Origin: Burkholderiales bacterium
GTDB taxonomy: Bacteria > Pseudomonadota > Gammaproteobacteria > Burkholderiales > SG8-39
Reading direction: 5' to 3'
Length of the DNA stretch: 64,000 bases
NCBI GenBank assembly: GCA_035308765.1
Contig: DATGGA010000029.1
Location: 30,437 to 94,436 of the forward strand
The notes under the pieces were generated by a model. That model did not search any database. It saw only the letters and a list, made by a program, of their open reading frames with translations, and was not told where the DNA came from. The position numbers and the translations under genes were made by a program. The stretch's first letter is position 1, and every line of letters starts with the position of its first letter. Positions 60,154 through 64,000 of the stretch are shown one piece after another.

Positions 60154-61311
60154 ATGCCGCCGGACCTCGCGCGTTTCATCCGCCCAGGCGACGGCGTGAT
60201 CGTCGGCCAGGCCTGCGCCGAGCCGCAGACGCTGGTCGAGGCGCTGGTGGCGCAACGCGCGGCGTTCACCGGCGCCAGCGTATTCCTCGGCGTCAACTAT
60301 GCGGGGATCGTGAAGCCGGCGCACGCGGACCATCTGAAACTGTCGTCCTACTGCGGCGCAGGCCACAATCGGGCGCTGGCGGACGCCGGCGTGCTGGACA
60401 TCCACCCGCACCCATATTCGCGGCTTGCGCCCCTGATCCGGGAACGGAAGATTCGCTGCGACGTGGCGCTGCTCCAGGTCAGCCCGCCCAACGCGCGCGG
60501 CGAATACAGCATGGGGCTCGCGGTCGACTACCTGCCGCCCGCGATCGAATCCGCACGCGCCGTGATCGCGGAAGTGAACGAGCGGATTCCCTGGACCCGC
60601 ACCGAGAAGATTTTCCGCAGAGAGGACTTCGCCCTGCTGATCGAATCCTCGCGCGAGCCTGCGTTGCCGCCGCCCGCCCGCGTGGGGGAAACGGAGACCG
60701 CCATTGCACGCCATGCCGCGGAATTCATTGCGGACGGCGCGACGCTGGAATTCGGGCTTGGTTTGCTGCCCGACGCGGTTTGCGCGGCGCTGAAGGGAAG
60801 GAAATCCCTAAAAGTTCACTCAGGCACAGTGGGCGACGGTATCGTCGGGCTGATGCAGTCCGGCGTCTTGACCCGCACGGACTGCGCGATGCTGATCGGG
60901 ACGCGCAAGCTGTTCGATTTCGCGCGCGATAATCCGGCCCTCGGGCTGCGCTCCACGGAATACACGCACGACCCGCGCGTGCTCGCCTCGCTGCAGAAAT
61001 TCGTGGCCATCAATTCGGCGGTCGAAGTCGACCTGAGCGGCCAGGTCAACGCCGAGGTCGCCAAGGGCAGCTACCTGGGCGCGGTGGGCGGCGCGCTGGA
61101 TTTCATCCGCGCCGCCGGCTATTCACCGGGCGGGGTGTCCCTGCTGCTGCTGCCCGCGGCGCGCATCGTCGAGACGCTGTCCGGACCCGTCGCCACCCCG
61201 CGCAGCGAAGCCGGCGTCATCATCACCGAGCGCGGGGCGGCGGACCTGCGCGGCTGCACCCTGAAGGAACGCAGGAAACGCATGTCGGCCATCTCGGCGC
61301 TTGATTCATGA
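60154..61311 (+). CDS. Acetyl-CoA hydrolase/transferase family protein
   Basis: GQACAEP, DVALLQVSPP, INSAVEVDLSGQVNAE, GAVGGALDF, GAADLRG. Confidence 0.85.
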   Translation: MPPDLARFIRPGDGVIVGQACAEPQTLVEALVAQRAAFTGASVFLGVNYAGIVKPAHADHLKLSSYCGAGHNRALADAGVLDIHPHPYSRLAPLIRERKIRCDVALLQVSPPNARGEYSMGLAVDYLPPAIESARAVIAEVNERIPWTRTEKIFRREDFALLIESSREPALPPPARVGETETAIARHAAEFIADGATLEFGLGLLPDAVCAALKGRKSLKVHSGTVGDGIVGLMQSGVLTRTDCAMLIGTRKLFDFARDNPALGLRSTEYTHDPRVLASLQKFVAINSAVEVDLSGQVNAEVAKGSYLGAVGGALDFIRAAGYSPGGVSLLLLPAARIVETLSGPVATPRSEAGVIITERGAADLRGCTLKERRKRMSAISALDS

Positions 61312-61344
61312 ACGCGGCGCAAATAGCGGAACCGGCGCCCTGAC

Positions 61345-62547
61345 CTAACGATAGTTACGCAACGCCGGCACCATCCAGAACGGCGTCGACGCCAGAGCAA
61401 TCGAGCATACGGAGAACACCAGGCCCGTCGCGTAGCCGCCCGTGAGGTCGTGCAGCACGCCGCCCACCAGCGAGCCGAGCGCGGCGCCGAGAGAATTGCA
61501 CGCGAACACGGTGCCGTAAATGGTCGCCACGCGCGGCCCCGCGAAATGCCGCGTGCAGATGGACGAGATGATCGGGCCGCGCACGCCCATCGATGCTCCA
61601 AACACCAGCACGAACGCCGCCAGCAACGGCGTGGAGGGATAGGCGGCCAGCGCCAGCAGCAGGAGCATGCCGGCCATGGTGCCGACGAAGCTCACGCTGA
61701 CGGTCTGGCGCGAGCCGAAGCGTTCGGTCAGGAAGCCGCTGCCCATCACGCTGCCGGCCGAGAGCATGCCGCACACGCCGAATGCCGTCGCCGCGGTGAG
61801 CGGCGGGAAACCGGCGTCCACCAGGAACGCCACCAGCTGCACGAAGATCGCGAACATCCCGACCGCGGTGAAAAAGAACGCCTGCACCATGCCCCAGTAG
61901 ATGCGCGTGCCCGTCGCCTTGCGCAGCGTCCATTCGGAGCCCGAATGAGGCAGCTGGCTGGCGCGCTCTGCGGGCCGTCCGGCGGCGAAGCGGCGCCAGG
62001 GCAGGACCAGCAGCACCAGCGGCGCGACTCCCAGCATGACGCTTCCCATCAGCTTGTAGGCGCCCCGCCAGCCGTATTGCCCGATCAGGGTCTGCGCGAT
62101 CGGCACGAAGACGATGATCCCCACGCCCGTGGCGGAAAACGCGATGCCGATGGCGCGCGACAGGCGCGCGTGGAACCATCTTGAAAGCATCGCCGAGGCG
62201 GGGACCATGCCGGTCATCGCCACTCCTACCCCCACCGTGGCGCCGATCAGCAGGTAGAACTGCCACAGGCGATGGAGCGAGCTGGCGGCAAGGTAGGCGC
62301 CGCCGATGCAGGCGATGCCGGCGCTGTAGACGAGGCGCGGCCCGACGCGATCGAACAGGATCCCGATCAGCGGCGCGGTAAACCCGCTCACCAGCAGGAA
62401 CACGGAATAGACGCTGGTGAGCTGGTAGCGCGTCCAGCCGTACTCGCGCTGCAGCGGCAGCAGGAACACCGCATAGGAGTCGCCCAGGCCGCGGCCGAGC
62501 ATGTTGAGGACGAAGCAGACCGCGAGTACGGCGACCGCGGTGTTCAA
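61345..62547 (-). CDS. MFS transporter
   Basis: Many hydrophobic helices, motif-A-like [10 protein letters not shown]; TTG start overlapping the pncB stop. Confidence 0.88.
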   Translation of the reverse strand: MNTAVAVLAVCFVLNMLGRGLGDSYAVFLLPLQREYGWTRYQLTSVYSVFLLVSGFTAPLIGILFDRVGPRLVYSAGIACIGGAYLAASSLHRLWQFYLLIGATVGVGVAMTGMVPASAMLSRWFHARLSRAIGIAFSATGVGIIVFVPIAQTLIGQYGWRGAYKLMGSVMLGVAPLVLLVLPWRRFAAGRPAERASQLPHSGSEWTLRKATGTRIYWGMVQAFFFTAVGMFAIFVQLVAFLVDAGFPPLTAATAFGVCGMLSAGSVMGSGFLTERFGSRQTVSVSFVGTMAGMLLLLALAAYPSTPLLAAFVLVFGASMGVRGPIISSICTRHFAGPRVATIYGTVFACNSLGAALGSLVGGVLHDLTGGYATGLVFSVCSIALASTPFWMVPALRNYR

Positions 62548-63731
62548 TTCACTCCCGTCTTGTCCAGCCCGAAGACCTGGCGCAGGTAGGTCAGGTAGCC
62601 GGCATCCTTGCTGACGGTCTTGCCCGGCGAATCGGAAACCTTGGCCACCGGCTGGCCGTTGCACTCGGTCATCTTGATCACGATGTTGATCGGCTCGTAG
62701 CCCAGGTCATTGGTCAGATTGGTGCCGATGCCGAAGGCGGTGATGGCGCGGCCGTGGAAGCGGCGCGCGATCTCGATCGCGATCGGCACCGTGAGCTGGT
62801 CGGAAAAGATCAGCGTCTTGGTGCGCGGATCGACGCGGTTCTTCCGGTAGTGCTCGATCAGCCGCTCGCCCCAGACGAAGGGATCGCCCGAGTCGTGCCG
62901 GGCGCCGTCGAACAGCTTGCAGAAGTACATGTCGAAATCGCGCAGGAACGCGTCCGTGCCGTAGGTGTCGGCGACCGCGATGCCGAGATCGCCGCGGTAT
63001 TCCTTGGCCCAGACGTCGAAGGCATAGATCTGCGAGTCGCGCAGGCGCGGCCCGAGCGCCTGGCAGGCCTGCATGTATTCGTGCGCCATGGTGCCCAGCG
63101 GCGTCACCGCGTGCTTCATCGCCAGCAGCACGTTCGAGGTGCCGGCGAAGTGTTCCGGGGTCTCGCGCTTGAAGGTGCCGATGAGTTCCTCGTGCCAGGC
63201 GCGCGAAAAGCGCCGGCGCGTGCCGAAATCGGAAATCCGGAAGCCGAGCGACGGTTCCAGCTTGCGCACCGCCTCGATCTTCGCCTTGAGCCGGCGCCGG
63301 CCCTGATCCAGGTCCGGCCTCGGCTGTGTACGGCGGAAATACACTTCCGACACGATCGCCAGCACCGGGATCTCGTACATGATCGTATGCAGCCAGGGAC
63401 CGCGGATCGTGATGTCGATGCCGCAGGGCTCGCCGGGCGCGCGCTCGATGCGGATGTTCCTCGCGTTGAACTGGAACAGGCCGAGGAAATCGACGAAGTC
63501 CGATTTCATGAAGCGCAGGCTGCGCAGGTAGGCCAGCTCGTCGTCGCGGAAACGCAGCTTGCACAGGTCCGCGACCCCGGCGCGGATTTCGTCGAGATGC
63601 GGCGCGAGATCGACGCCTTCGGTGCGGCACTTGAACACGTACTCGACCTGCGCACCCGGAAAATGGTGCAGCACGACCTGCATCATCGTGAACTTGTACA
63701 GGTCGGTGTCGAGCATCGAGTCGATGATCAT
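62544..63731 (-). CDS. pncB: Nicotinate phosphoribosyltransferase
   Basis: [52 protein letters not shown]. Confidence 0.96.
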   Translation of the reverse strand: MIIDSMLDTDLYKFTMMQVVLHHFPGAQVEYVFKCRTEGVDLAPHLDEIRAGVADLCKLRFRDDELAYLRSLRFMKSDFVDFLGLFQFNARNIRIERAPGEPCGIDITIRGPWLHTIMYEIPVLAIVSEVYFRRTQPRPDLDQGRRRLKAKIEAVRKLEPSLGFRISDFGTRRRFSRAWHEELIGTFKRETPEHFAGTSNVLLAMKHAVTPLGTMAHEYMQACQALGPRLRDSQIYAFDVWAKEYRGDLGIAVADTYGTDAFLRDFDMYFCKLFDGARHDSGDPFVWGERLIEHYRKNRVDPRTKTLIFSDQLTVPIAIEIARRFHGRAITAFGIGTNLTNDLGYEPINIVIKMTECNGQPVAKVSDSPGKTVSKDAGYLTYLRQVFGLDKTGVN

Positions 63732-63757
63732 CAGCCGATTCTACCCGTCGCCCCCGT

Positions 63758-63809
63758 TTGCCCCTGGCGCCGATACTGGATATAATGCCAGCACTGAACA
63801 AGGGCACAG
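63758..63809 (+). promoter_or_regulatory. lexA promoter (TTGCCC-N17-TATAAT) with two tandem SOS boxes
   Basis: CTGGATATAATGCCAG (63776-63791) and CTGAACAAGGGCACAG (63794-63809), both CTG-N10-CAG; box 1 covers the -10 element. Confidence 0.85.
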
Positions 63810-63824
63810 TGCCCTGGAGACCCG

Positions 63825-64000
63825 ATGAGCGAACCGCTGACCGAACGACAAGCCGAGATCCTGCGGCTGATCAAGGATCTCACCGAAGTCTCGGGATTTC
63901 CCCCGACGCGCGCCGAAATCGCCGAGCGGATGGGCTTCCGCTCGGTGAACGCCGCGGAGCAGCACCTGCGCGCGCTGGAGCGCAAGGGCGCGCTCGACAT
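63825..64000 (+). CDS. lexA: SOS repressor LexA, 5' part; runs off the right edge
   Basis: [48 protein letters not shown]; GGAG SD; upstream SOS boxes. Confidence 0.95.
   Translation, partial: MSEPLTERQAEILRLIKDLTEVSGFPPTRAEIAERMGFRSVNAAEQHLRALERKGALD

Overview
A GC-rich (roughly two-thirds GC by eye), very compact, core-genome segment of a Betaproteobacterium; the taxon is inferred from gene order and protein style. It holds ppsA (partial)/ppsR; the minus-strand rpsB-tsf-pyrH-frr-uppS-cdsA-dxr-rseP-bamA-skp-lpxD-fabZ-lpxA-lpxB-rnhB-trmH-family cluster; map-glnD; smc-zipA-ligA-galU-hpt-mtnP-def; queF-dapC-dapD-pilU-like-dapE-prmB; tRNA-Pro/Arg/His; dksA; site-2 protease-trpS-scpA-scpB-rluB-rimP-nusA-infB-rbfA-truB-rpsO-pnp; and a more accessory right end (about 47.9-64 kb) ending in pncB and a partial lexA. 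I found no IS, integrase, prophage or CRISPR array. Best leads: (1) an unannotated 67-aa ribbon-helix-helix-like gene whose apparently leaderless promoter is covered by a 30-bp AT-rich palindrome, heading an ABC importer operon that may carry nicotinate; (2) lpxD reduced to a frameshifted 326-bp remnant lacking its catalytic core while lpxA and lpxB are intact; (3) a 1113-aa single-chain NfnB-NfnA-like flavo-iron-sulfur protein; (4) a 23-bp AT-rich palindrome inside ppsA; (5) a CoA-transferase homolog that appears to lack the catalytic Glu; (6) recurrent symmetric bidirectional and leaderless -10 promoters. All calls come from reading sequence motifs; no database search was run.
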